Assembly: GCA_024137785.1 (NCBI GenBank)
Contig: JAHRHZ010000056.1
Span: 15,314,409 to 15,378,408 of the forward strand
DNA length: 64,000 nt
Reading direction: 5' to 3'
Source: Ginglymostoma cirratum
Taxonomy: Eukaryota
A program made the translations under genes and the position numbers. The notes beneath the pieces were generated by a model. That model ran no database searches and was not told the DNA's origin. It was given only the letters and a program-made list of their open reading frames with translations. Below, piece after piece: positions 12,445 to 22,749 of this stretch (position 1 is its first letter; each line of letters starts with the position of its first letter).

Positions 12445-12800
12445 TATCCAGCATTGAAGACAGAACGTTTATTCAGTCAACAAACCAAAAATGCATCCTC
12501 AACATAAAGAAGCATGTGATAAACATCAAAAGAATTCAACACTGGGACAATGAGTTATGTAACCTGGTGACAAGAACAGAAGAGGGTGTTGTGGTACTGG
12601 CCTGCTCTGTGGAACTTTCAGGGGTAGCATCAAAATCCATGGCCTGGTCACTGTGCTCTCTGCTCATCTGTCTCTGGTCTCGTTTTAGCTGCCGCCAGTA
12701 TTTCTGTTTCTTCTCTGACGATACCCTCTTCAGTTTGGGCATGGCTGCAGAGTTTGCACAAAACGACCTTCTTATGAATTGACTTCTCTCGTCATCTGTT
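12445..12800 (-). other. Candidate alternative terminal exon in ATXN7L3 intron 2 with a 68-aa ORF (12742-12536)
   Basis: Acceptor tctgctctctaacctaacag, gcagccATG, stop at 12536, AATAAA at 12473-12468, then a GU/U-rich tract. No expression evidence. Confidence 0.35.
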
Positions 12801-14680
12801 CTGTTAGGTTAGAGAGCAGAAATTTAGGCCCATCTAAATGATGCCGAGAAGCTGAGCAAAATTGTTCCAAGTTTAGTCAGTGCGAGTGGTCCACATGGAC
12901 AGATTCAATTCCCAGTGACTGGCACGCACCCAGTGACCGGCACGCACTTTGGAAACACTGACTAAAAGTAAAAGTTGGAATCAGTTAACGTACTCACCAG
13001 CAAATCTGAAGCCACTCTATTCACTTTTCATATTGAGGAGCTGTCAGGTCTCTGGATGACAACGTTCACTTGTGGCCAAAGAATAATCTCCTTCAAAGTT
13101 CAAGATTTGATCAAAAGTATTCTTTCCTTTGACTCTAGAATGCTCTAAAATATAAAAAGACGGTGCTGTCCCATTGATCTCCTGCCAGTGGATTGGCAGA
13201 GTACAAGCTCACTTTGAAATTATCCGTCATCATTGGAGACTATGTTCAACTCGAAGAGACCAAGAATCTGTACACTCAGTTACAGAGAACATCAGATATC
13301 TGTGAGTGAGCTTCACAGGAGAAGATCAAATGCCTGGGACTGAACAAAGATGGCTGGTCAGGTGAAAGAGTTCAATGTATCCCTCAATTAATTGCAGAAA
13401 ATGGTATCATTGCAACATTAAATGTTGGACAAACCTGCTGTTAGGAGTTTTCACGCATACAGCTTCGCAAATAAATGGACAAAACGAATTCTCATTGAAT
13501 CTCGCAGAGCGAATCCAAACAGTTATCCATGTCAGTTTTTCAGAACACCAAAGTTTAGAAGATGAGGAAAAAGTGCTCCTTAGACAAAGGAAGTAGACGC
13601 CTTGCTTGTTTTTCCTCTGCATCATGGCTGTCGTAGCATCAATCCAAGCTTTTTGCTTGACAGTGTGGGTCAGGAGACCACAGCAAATAAAGAGCTTTCC
13701 ACGTGAAGAAGCACATGTTGAAATTGGGAAATAAGAAGCAACTGGGAAATATCCAAGAGTAGTCAGCCAATGGGATGAACATGAAAATAAAAAGCATACT
13801 CCCGCTACATGTTCCACTTCAGGCATCAGAATGAGAGTGGCAACATGGTCAGAGACTAAAGTTGATTCTGTCGTGGGAGAAAAATGGTTATTTCGCTATT
13901 GTAGTTAACCAACAGCAGGAACACCATGTTTATAGGTACCAATGGGACCTGTAAAATTGGCGCCCTGGTGAAGAAGCTCAGCTTCCCAGCAGGTAATTCA
14001 GCTATATCTGACCAAACAATTTCATTTGATTACTGCCTCAAACATGAAACCAGTACCTTGAATATGTCCTTAGAAACACATGACCAGATAAAGGGAGGTC
14101 ATCTATGAGTGCATGAAAAGCACAGAGAGAAATGGGGTCAACTGTAGACACAGAGTGGCAGACAGACTCAAACTGAGCAAAACAGACACACACGAAGAGA
14201 TGGCCGGATGTGTGTTCAAAGACTGTAATAAAACTAAGGGGCATCAAAGAGGTCATCAATGACAAGAAGTTGGGAGAAGATTGCAGTCATAAGAAAAGCC
14301 CAAAACACACCCCAAACCCATAACAGAAATAAAACACAAGATGATCACTAATAAACTGCCAGACTCAATTCTATAATAGGCAACGCAAAGCAATGGTTGT
14401 GGCTTAAGAGATCCTAAGGTAACCCGTACATTGACTATTTTGAATCCACTATTCTGTGTCATAAGCACACATATCATATGCAACACATACACCTTCACAG
14501 AGCATAACTATATTTGTTTTCACAGCATCCAATCCTAGTAAGTGCATATTCTCTCTCTCAGCACATGCATCACCGCTCACTGGATATACAGTATATTCAT
14601 GCCCCCATTAAAGTCAAGCAAGTATGTACAACCAGAACACAGTTATCAAAAAAAAAATTCCCAAATCTCCAGCCCCTTAC

Positions 14681-14731
14681 CTCAGATTTGCTGTTCTCCG
14701 GGCCAGATAATGACATTTCCTCCATTTTCAT
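14681..14731 (-). CDS. ATXN7L3: ATXN7L3 first coding exon (exon 2; the exon probably begins at 14783)
   Basis: MKMEEMSLSGPENSKSE|gtaagg; 51 nt; acceptor cttttcgctttctcaatattcag ending at 14784. Confidence 0.95.
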
Positions 14732-16519
14732 TGGCGATTAGTATTCTGCAGTTTTTCGTTTATACATAGTAACAAGGTGATCACTGAATATTGAGAAAGC
14801 GAAAAGTAATAACCTGTTAGGAATCTGCTGGGAAGTTAAACTGTTAGTTGTCTTCTCAAAGGCATTGCTAAAAACTCCACTGGCTGCTATTTCTTTGCGC
14901 TGATATTAATTACAACTACAAAATAAACTGACAGTGTTTATGATGGAGATGATGCTGACAACATTTGGCTTCAAGCATATTAAAATATCAGCAATCCACA
15001 AAATTAACATTTAACACATTGTACCAGACTTGACATAAATGTGCTTACATGTTCATCACAAGAGAACTGATTCACCATTAAGTGCATCGCCTGGCAATCT
15101 TCTGTTGCAAGCTTAACGCTCCTTCACAAATAGGGCCCGAAGAGTTAGACATAGAACTGAGACCCGAGATTTTTTGCAGGTAATAATTCAAGCGAACATC
15201 TAAAATTGAAAAATGATCCTAGATGCAGAAGGTGTGGAAAACATATCAGTAGCCTGCTAGTAGTTGAATATGAGACCCCAAAGTCATGCCTTGTGCCGAA
15301 ACAGAAACTCCAACAGTTGGAGCTTAGAGACTCTTGAACCTAAGTGATGGCTTTTCATGCACGTTATGTAAATAAAAAAACCTTCAGGATTGAACATTCT
15401 GTGGAATACAAAACAGTTCAATTCCCTTTACATTGCGAAGAAACAAAGTTTTTCTGCCACATTTTTAACGTACCAATCACAAACCACTTCTTTAGAAAGG
15501 ATCTGCTGTGTTTGCATTCTATGTTTAGGTAGAGATTTTTTAATTGGATCAAAACATTTTTCCCCTTGGTTTGATGGTCTTCTCCTTTAGGCTATGACTG
15601 CATATCCAACTCTGAAGCTATTCCAACAGATGTTTCCCAGGCAATAAACGCAGTGATACTTTCCTAGACTGTATCCTCACTGCTCACATGCAGATTCATC
15701 ATCCAGACTAGACCTTTGGGATCTCTCTGCATCTCAGTATTTGCAACATCATTTTCACAGATTCCAGATCCTGATTTGGGGCAGTGCTGCAGAGCTAAAC
15801 CTCCCTAGACAATGACTAAAGACACTCTCAGACCCTCAGGGTGCTCTCCTGCATCAGACTGTCCCAGTCCTCGGTACAGGGGTATGCTCTATGCTGGGGT
15901 TGGAATTTTTCCTCTCTGGGGTTGTGGGGCAGGGGAGGCAGGGCTGGTGTCCTATCAGTCCAAGACCTTTGGGGGTGGGGGAAGAAAGGAAGAAGGTCAC
16001 CTCTGACCTTGGGCCCCTGTGTTCTCAACCTGCTGTAGTGGGGAGGTGGTGTGTTGGGTTACTCCTCTTGCCCACCTGTAGGGGGGGTGTGAGTTACCCT
16101 TTCACAGCACCTCTCCCCCACATCCTGCAACCCTGGTGCATTACCTCTCTACAACTTCCTGGAGATGAGTAGCCCTCTACAACCCTCGGGATGGCGGGGG
16201 GAGATGAAGGTTGGGGTTAATTCTCTATGACCACGATAGGAGGTGGTTTACCTCTCTACGATCTGGGGGTGGGGGTTAACACTACCGCCTCCACACTCGG
16301 GGGAGGAGGTGGTTTTAAACATTATGGCGCTCACGGTGCAGAGGGTCAACACTACACCATCCAGGTTGGGGGGGTGGGGTTAGTGGTGCACCAACTGGGG
16401 GGGGGGGGGGGGGGAGTGGTTTAATAATCCACCAAGCGGGTGGGGGGGGTACTCACCCCACACCAATCGGGGGGGGTTTAACACCATCAACCAGTGGTGG
16501 TGGTTTCCTCTCTGTATTC

Positions 16520-17190
16520 CCGGGTCCACCCCTTCCCGGGGGCCGGGCTCTTACCTGCAGATGCCTATTTAGCACAGCCGCTTCCGGAGTAATTAATCCC
16601 GGACGGTGCAGTTCCGCAGGCCGGCAGCGCCCCCGGCCGCAGGGCCGTCCTGCATTTCGCTCCGTGCCCGGACTGAGTGATTTCCGAATCGGCGCCGGGC
16701 GCGGCCCCTCCTCCTCCTGCTGTGACCCGCGGGCTCCGGGCGCAGGCGCACTTCAAGCCCGAGCTGCCATTTTGCAGAACGACGGCGACGGCTCCCCCTC
16801 CCCCCAAACGCCGAGCCGTCACGGTGCTGCTGGGGGCGTTGCGATGGCGGCTACCGCCAATTCCCCGCCCTCTGCTGTATTGTGTTCTCCTGTCCTCTCC
16901 AGGGCCGGGCCTAGCGGGCTCCTACCCTTTCCTCGCCCGGCTCCGCCGCCGCTGGCCCTTGGCCTCTTCTCGCTCCGGCCCCAGGCCGCGTGCAGCCAAA
17001 CCTGAGAACGGAAGCGCGTCGCCCCTAACCTACCCCAACAGGGCCGGAGATTGACAGCCGCATTCACCAATGGCAGGCAGTCTTCGCCGCCGCCGGGCCA
17101 ATCGCCTGGAGAGAGGGGCGGTGCTATCGGTCTCCCAGGGAGAAGGGGGAAGAGAGACCGTCACAAGTTTGGTTGCACGACTGTAGAGCG
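16520..17190 (-). promoter_or_regulatory. CpG island promoter of ATXN7L3
   Basis: Very high GC/CpG density; CCAAT boxes at 16857, 17067 and 17098 (last two 31 bp apart, NF-Y-like spacing); GC boxes near 16863 and 17114. Confidence 0.85.
16555..16800 (-). other. ATXN7L3: Probable non-coding exon 1 of ATXN7L3 (5' end uncertain)
   Basis: Strong donor CAG|gtaaga at 16555/16554 at the edge of the CpG island; YY1-like AAAATGGCAGC near 16770. Confidence 0.65.
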
Positions 17191-17273
17191 AATCCTCAGG
17201 CAGGCTACAGAGAGAGAGCCAGAGCCCCCTGTACCTCACTGCTCCCTGAGACAGGCTGCAGAGAGAGAGAGAG

Positions 17274-17673
17274 NNNNNNNNNNNNNNNNNNNNNNNNNNN
17301 NNNNNNNNNNNNNNNNNNNNNNNNNNNNNNNNNNNNNNNNNNNNNNNNNNNNNNNNNNNNNNNNNNNNNNNNNNNNNNNNNNNNNNNNNNNNNNNNNNNN
17401 NNNNNNNNNNNNNNNNNNNNNNNNNNNNNNNNNNNNNNNNNNNNNNNNNNNNNNNNNNNNNNNNNNNNNNNNNNNNNNNNNNNNNNNNNNNNNNNNNNNN
17501 NNNNNNNNNNNNNNNNNNNNNNNNNNNNNNNNNNNNNNNNNNNNNNNNNNNNNNNNNNNNNNNNNNNNNNNNNNNNNNNNNNNNNNNNNNNNNNNNNNNN
17601 NNNNNNNNNNNNNNNNNNNNNNNNNNNNNNNNNNNNNNNNNNNNNNNNNNNNNNNNNNNNNNNNNNNNNNNNN
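17274..17673. other. Assembly gap (400 N)
   Basis: Run of Ns flanked by (GA)n on the left and a palindromic repeat on the right. Confidence 0.99.
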
Positions 17674-17842
17674 CCAAGCAGCATCATAGGAGCAGGAAGG
17701 CTTGACGTTTCGGGCCTAGACCCTTCATCAGAAAAAAGGGTCTAGGGACCCTTCTGATGAAGGGTCTAGGCCCGAAACGTCAAGTTTTCCTGCTCCTATG
17801 ATGCTGCTTGACCTGCTGTGTTCATCCAGCCCCATGCTTGTT
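17674..17842. mobile_element. Young palindromic Penelope-derived repeat with two intact hammerhead cores
   Basis: CTGATGA-agggtctaggccc-GAAA-CGTC on + (17754-17781) and the identical sequence on - (17731-17704). Confidence 0.85.
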
Positions 17843-19519
17843 AGCTAGGGGAGCAGTGCTGCTTTCAGGGCAGCCTGTAGAGAGAAAGCCCTCACTGCCC
17901 CAGGGCATGCTGCAGTGAGACTCTTCACAGGGCTATGGGAGTAATGCTGCTTCAAGGGCAGACTGCAGAGAGACGCCCACAAACTCTGCACCCAGTTCCC
18001 TGGGATCCCAAACAGCCCTCAGTGGACCAAGAGAGTTCTTTCCAAAAACAAGCTGCACTTGCAACATAGGCATCTCCTCCCAAATGGGAATGTCTGTCAC
18101 TTGCTGCATAGTGGCCACTCTTCCCAGACGGGGACAGGAGCAATTGAAACATTTCACTGCAATCGATGCAAGTTGAATCTGCAACGAGAAATGTCCCAAT
18201 TCCAGCCCCCACCCTAGCGCTGCATCTTGCAGGTATTTAAAATGCGCGTATTTGTCGCGAATGCACTTATATCCACGTGAAAGACAAAACACAAGTATTA
18301 CATCCGCCGTGTAATACAACGCTGGTAACTTATCCCTCGAATTCCGAAGGACGTGGCATGGCTAGTTTCGGCGTAAGAGATCCAACACAGCGTTCACATC
18401 GGAACAAAGAAAAAGCGTTGCAGACCCCGCAAAAGTAAGATTTCCTGCGTTCTCCTAACTCCAAGCAAACAATCACAATTCCAGGTTTCATTTGCGTTTT
18501 CTTAGGACTATTCACGCCTACATTCTTCCAGAAAGTAAAATACTCCAGTCGTTTTAGTACGTATTATGCAGTTCTTGTAAATAATACTAACAACTATCCA
18601 CAAATAACTTCGCTATTTGATGCATTTGAAATTACTTGACTGCTGCGGCTAATATGCAACCTTAGGAAGTGCCTGTACAAAGTATTTTATTCAAATACAA
18701 TGAATGTAATATTGTGAACAAATGTTCCAAATCCGAGGGAAGCACGGGATAGAGTAAAGCTATGATTTTTTTGCTACATTTCTTACTGCCAGAAAGCACA
18801 ACATTTGGCACAATCTGTCTGAGGTTAGCAATTCACTAGAACACTTGTTGAGCAGAATAGTTGAAGAGAAGTCAAGACATCCGTGCATTGTTTTAAACAC
18901 ACTAGATCTTTGAAAGGAGCCAAGCCCGATTTCACTCGTCATCCGCAATGGGCCCTTGCTGCAAGGAGCATAATGGGCCAAGGTCGATTTGTGTTGAACT
19001 GGAGCCTGGATAACTTTTTTGAGTAACTCCGCTAAAAGCTGAAAATCATCATCATTCATATGAATGACCATGTTATACTCCAGTGTGATTATCGAGCAAA
19101 TAAAAAGCGAGTTTCTGATCACAAATACAGCATTTTCACCGACCTCTATGAATGGTATCCGTTGCTTTGCAGACTTGTACTTTGAGCTTGATACAAAGCA
19201 ATTAATTATAACTTCTAGGGCCTTACTATGTAAACCACAAAGCTGCACACAGATCAATTTGAGACTGGTCTCATACCTTGCCTTTATCTTCGCTAACAGT
19301 TTAGTGTTTATAATTACTAAAGTGAACTTTACTTTTTAACAGTACTAGTCTGTAAAGAATGGGCTCAACTGAAAGACCTTAAAGAGACAGCACCTGGCTG
19401 CAGACCTGTTATCCCGAGCAATAAAGAAGGCAAACCGAAACTAATACTAAAAGTGACTGTGATGTGAAGATACTAAGCTTTTGTCTGCTAGGTTTCAGAT
19501 TGCGTGAATTTGGCTGGAA

Positions 19520-19825
19520 ATTTCTACTACACTACTGGAGAAGTTCTGCTTGATCGCTGTCTGGCATCCTAGACGCTGATATCCTGTTATTCTCAGTTTC
19601 CCTCCTGGGTGCGGGTAGTTTCCTATGACATCAAATCCTTTTACATTTCAGATAATGGAGCGCACCCCCTGATTAAGCTGTATGCAACCGATTTGCGATG
19701 TAATTTAAAACAAAGAAGTGCAGATGGTGGAGAACAGAAACAAAAACAATTTGCTTGCGAAACTGAGCTGGACCAGCAGCTCTATGGGGAAAAAGCAGAG
19801 TTAACGTATCGAGTAACTCATTAGA
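19520..19825 (+). repeat. Local duplication, copy A (partner at about 20697-21012)
   Basis: Shared colinear blocks tttccctcctgg, catcaaatccttttac(a/g)tttcagataatggagc(g/c)caccccct, gaaacaaaaacaa, agtaactcat. Confidence 0.8.
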
Positions 19826-20049
19826 ACCACCCCCGTTAAATTATCTGTCTTTCCAATAATAAAGGGGATAGGAACAATAGCTGGAGGCACTTCGGGCTGT
19901 CTTTTAGCGTTTTATTAAAGTTGTCATTCAAATGGCTCACGGATTTTGGAGTTTGTCAACTGATTTAATGTAACTGATATTTGTTTGACGTACTGTCGTG
20001 GCACACTTAGCAAACTGCAGAGAAAAATCGAAATCGTTCCCTGAGTGTA

Positions 20050-20505
20050 AATTGAGAGGGTGCAGGGACTTGGAGGGTTTTAGTTAAAGGAACGGCTGAA
20101 GAGACTAGGGCCTTTCCCAGCTGGTGTAGCAGGGCTTGAGGAGTGTCCTTATAGAGGTTCGTAAAATCATGAGGGGGCATGGACAGAGTGAATAACCTAG
20201 GTCTTTTTCCCTCGGCTAAGGGAGTCCAAAAACTGGAGGTCACCAATTTAAGGTGAGAGGGGAAAGACTTTTAAAAAAGGATGTTAGGGGTAATTTTTTT
20301 CCACACAGAAGGTGGTACATGTATGGAAAGAGGTGCCAGAGGAAGTGGAGGCTTAAATGTTGTAATTGTATCAAAGGCAAAGGCATCTGGATAGGTATAC
20401 GAGTAGGAAAGGTTTAGAGGGATACGAACCAAATGCTAGCAAATGGGACTAGGTCAGTACAGATGAGTTGGACCAAAAGGGTCTGTTTCTGTATGTCTGA
20501 CTCTT
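20050..20505 (+). mobile_element. CR1/HER1-type LINE 3' fragment
   Basis: cttatagaggttcgtaaaatcatgagggg (LIEVRKIMRG) and tail gagttggaccaaaagggtctgtttc; similar to 7550-8000. Confidence 0.85.
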
Positions 20506-20696
20506 AAGTGCATGCAGCTATAGGAACAGCTCTCACTTCTGCTTCACCATTCCATGATATAGTAGATGTTCTCCTTATCTTCATATTTCAATAACCTAGA
20601 GCCCCCCAAACATCCTATTTCAATAATCTTACCTAACAAAAATCAAAAGCTAATTGTTGCAACATCATCAACCTTTAAGGAGAAACAAAATTCAAT

Positions 20697-21012
20697 ATTT
20701 CTACTAGTCCAGTGTATAAGTGCTAGCTGATCTCCCTCTGGAATCCAAGACTCTAATACCATCTTATTTTTGGTTTCCCTCCTGGACCGAGGTTTTCTTG
20801 CTCCATCAAATCCTTTTACGTTTCAGATAATGGAGCCCACCCCCTCAATCTTCTATACTTATAAGCTTTACCAATCTGATCTGCAATTTAATATATAAAC
20901 CAAGAATGGCAGATGCTGCAGAATAGAAACAAAAACAAATTGCTGATGAAACTGAGGACTGGCAACGCTAGGGGAAGAAAGCAGAGAGTTAACTTATCTA
21001 GTAACTCATCAG
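20697..21012 (+). repeat. Local duplication, copy B
   Basis: Colinear similarity to 19520-19825. Confidence 0.8.
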
Positions 21013-22029
21013 ATCTCATTTTAAATTTAAGTCTTTCTAATCACAGCAAAAAGGCAATAATAATCTTTTCAGAATTCCAGCCCATTTTGTGGAATATCGC
21101 AAATGTGATCTAAGTGTTAATTCCCAGCGCAATGAAAGTTCAACTCTTTACTGCTTTCACCAGTCTGCAATGTTTGATGATGATTTTGTAGCTTAGATAG
21201 ATAAAATTGGAATTGGAGCCAAGACCAGATATTTCCACTCAGTTGCAATAGAATGGGTTCAAAACCCACCCTAAAAGCTGTCAGGAGCAAAGATGATACC
21301 CTAGAATACAAATCAGCTGCTTATAAAAACAGGAGACCAAGGAAAACCAGATTCCTATTCTTAGACTCACATCCCACCCCAAAAGACAATCAAAATCTGT
21401 GAACTTCTTCAAACAGTAGCCATGTTAGGGATAAGATTAATTTTTGCTTTACATCTAAATTATACTTCACTACATTTGATCAAAAGTCAAACTTATTGTC
21501 TATTCCATATTTGTGCACACAAAACAGAGGAGTGCCTGCCTTTGATTTTCCAAATTGTTCAAGAGTTTAGATTCTTATTGATGGTTGAGAGATCTTAAGT
21601 CAATCTTTGTGTTGAGTTTTTTTTTAAAAATTGACAATATAGTTATATCCTCAAGAGTGTTTACTCCTGCTTCAAATTAGGGAAAAAATTCTCAACTGTT
21701 TCAAATCTATTATTAGAGCACATGGAATGATAAAATACTCATGATGCTCTATGACCGGTTTTCATTCTTTTCCCACCATGTCTCATCTTTAATAATTATC
21801 ATTAATTAATCGTGCTTTGAACCCCAATCACTAATCAATCTCCTGCTCTGCAGTGAAGCTGCCATTGATGTGGGTTTCTTTCGAGATGAAGAATAATTCA
21901 ACATATTTAGATGCTTGATTTTTTGTTTTGCTGTCTGAATTATCCACAGGGATAGATTCCCTTCTTCCTCACAGTAGGTTGTAAAGGAGTTATCTTACCA
22001 TAGTTCAACAGCAACAGCTCAATGGATAG

Positions 22030-22380
22030 CACTGTAATATATAATGAACTACCAGATGTCAGCTTTGGCACTTGGTAGCACTCATCTGAGTCAGGTGGTC
22101 ATGATTGAAGTTCTACTTGAGATCGAGTACATAATCTGTACTGACAACTGTTTTTCAAATGAGCTGTTGAAGGCGTCTACTGACTTCTTAGGTGGACATT
22201 GCACTACTCGAAGAGTTGTTTCATAACCAATATTTGTTCCTCAACATGTTTCAAACCACTCATCTGATCATTTATTGCACTTTGGCAGACATTGCTATAT
22301 ATCAAGTGGCATTATCCTTTCCTTACATTTGAAGTGTAATTGCAGTGCCAATGTAATTTGTTTTGAGATGTTGCCATTAA
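22030..22380 (+). mobile_element. Degenerate Deu-domain SINE (SacSINE1/AmnSINE-like)
   Basis: ttggtagcactc...ctgagtcag...cactactcgaagag...ccaatattt; resembles the element at 52800-53170. Confidence 0.5.
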
Positions 22381-22749
22381 AAAGGTGCCCACATGTGCAA
22401 CTTTATTCTTTGATGAACAATAGTCATCTTGAGATAGTGTTCTTACACTCTGAAAGTGTTGCACAGTATTGCAGTATTGTCTTGGAAAATACCCTGTAAA
22501 ATGTACAATTGAAATATACACCACCTTTACGAGACACCCATTCCTTAAGTTCTCCCTTAAAAATTCTCAGCAAGAGAAATTGTACAGTGTATTTTGGGAA
22601 TTTGAACGTCAGTCTCCATTTAGAGTAATCACCATAAGGAAAATGGTGGCAGTTAGAAATGAAGCATGGTTGCATTTTACTGCTACACTTCATTACAATG
22701 GCCAAAATCCTATGTAATTATCCTATGTATTAAATAATTGTATTCATAA

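Noticed and set aside
13407-13826. 139-aa ORF with PVASYF, weakly reminiscent of a GIY-YIG motif
   Set aside because: Too little similarity to support a call, and no splice or start context
16565-17070. Overlapping GC-rich ORFs on both strands
   Set aside because: Stop codons are depleted in a CpG island, and there is no recognisable protein similarity
17030-17745. Long ORFs of 160-215 aa in the ORF track
   Set aside because: They are artefacts of the 400-N gap
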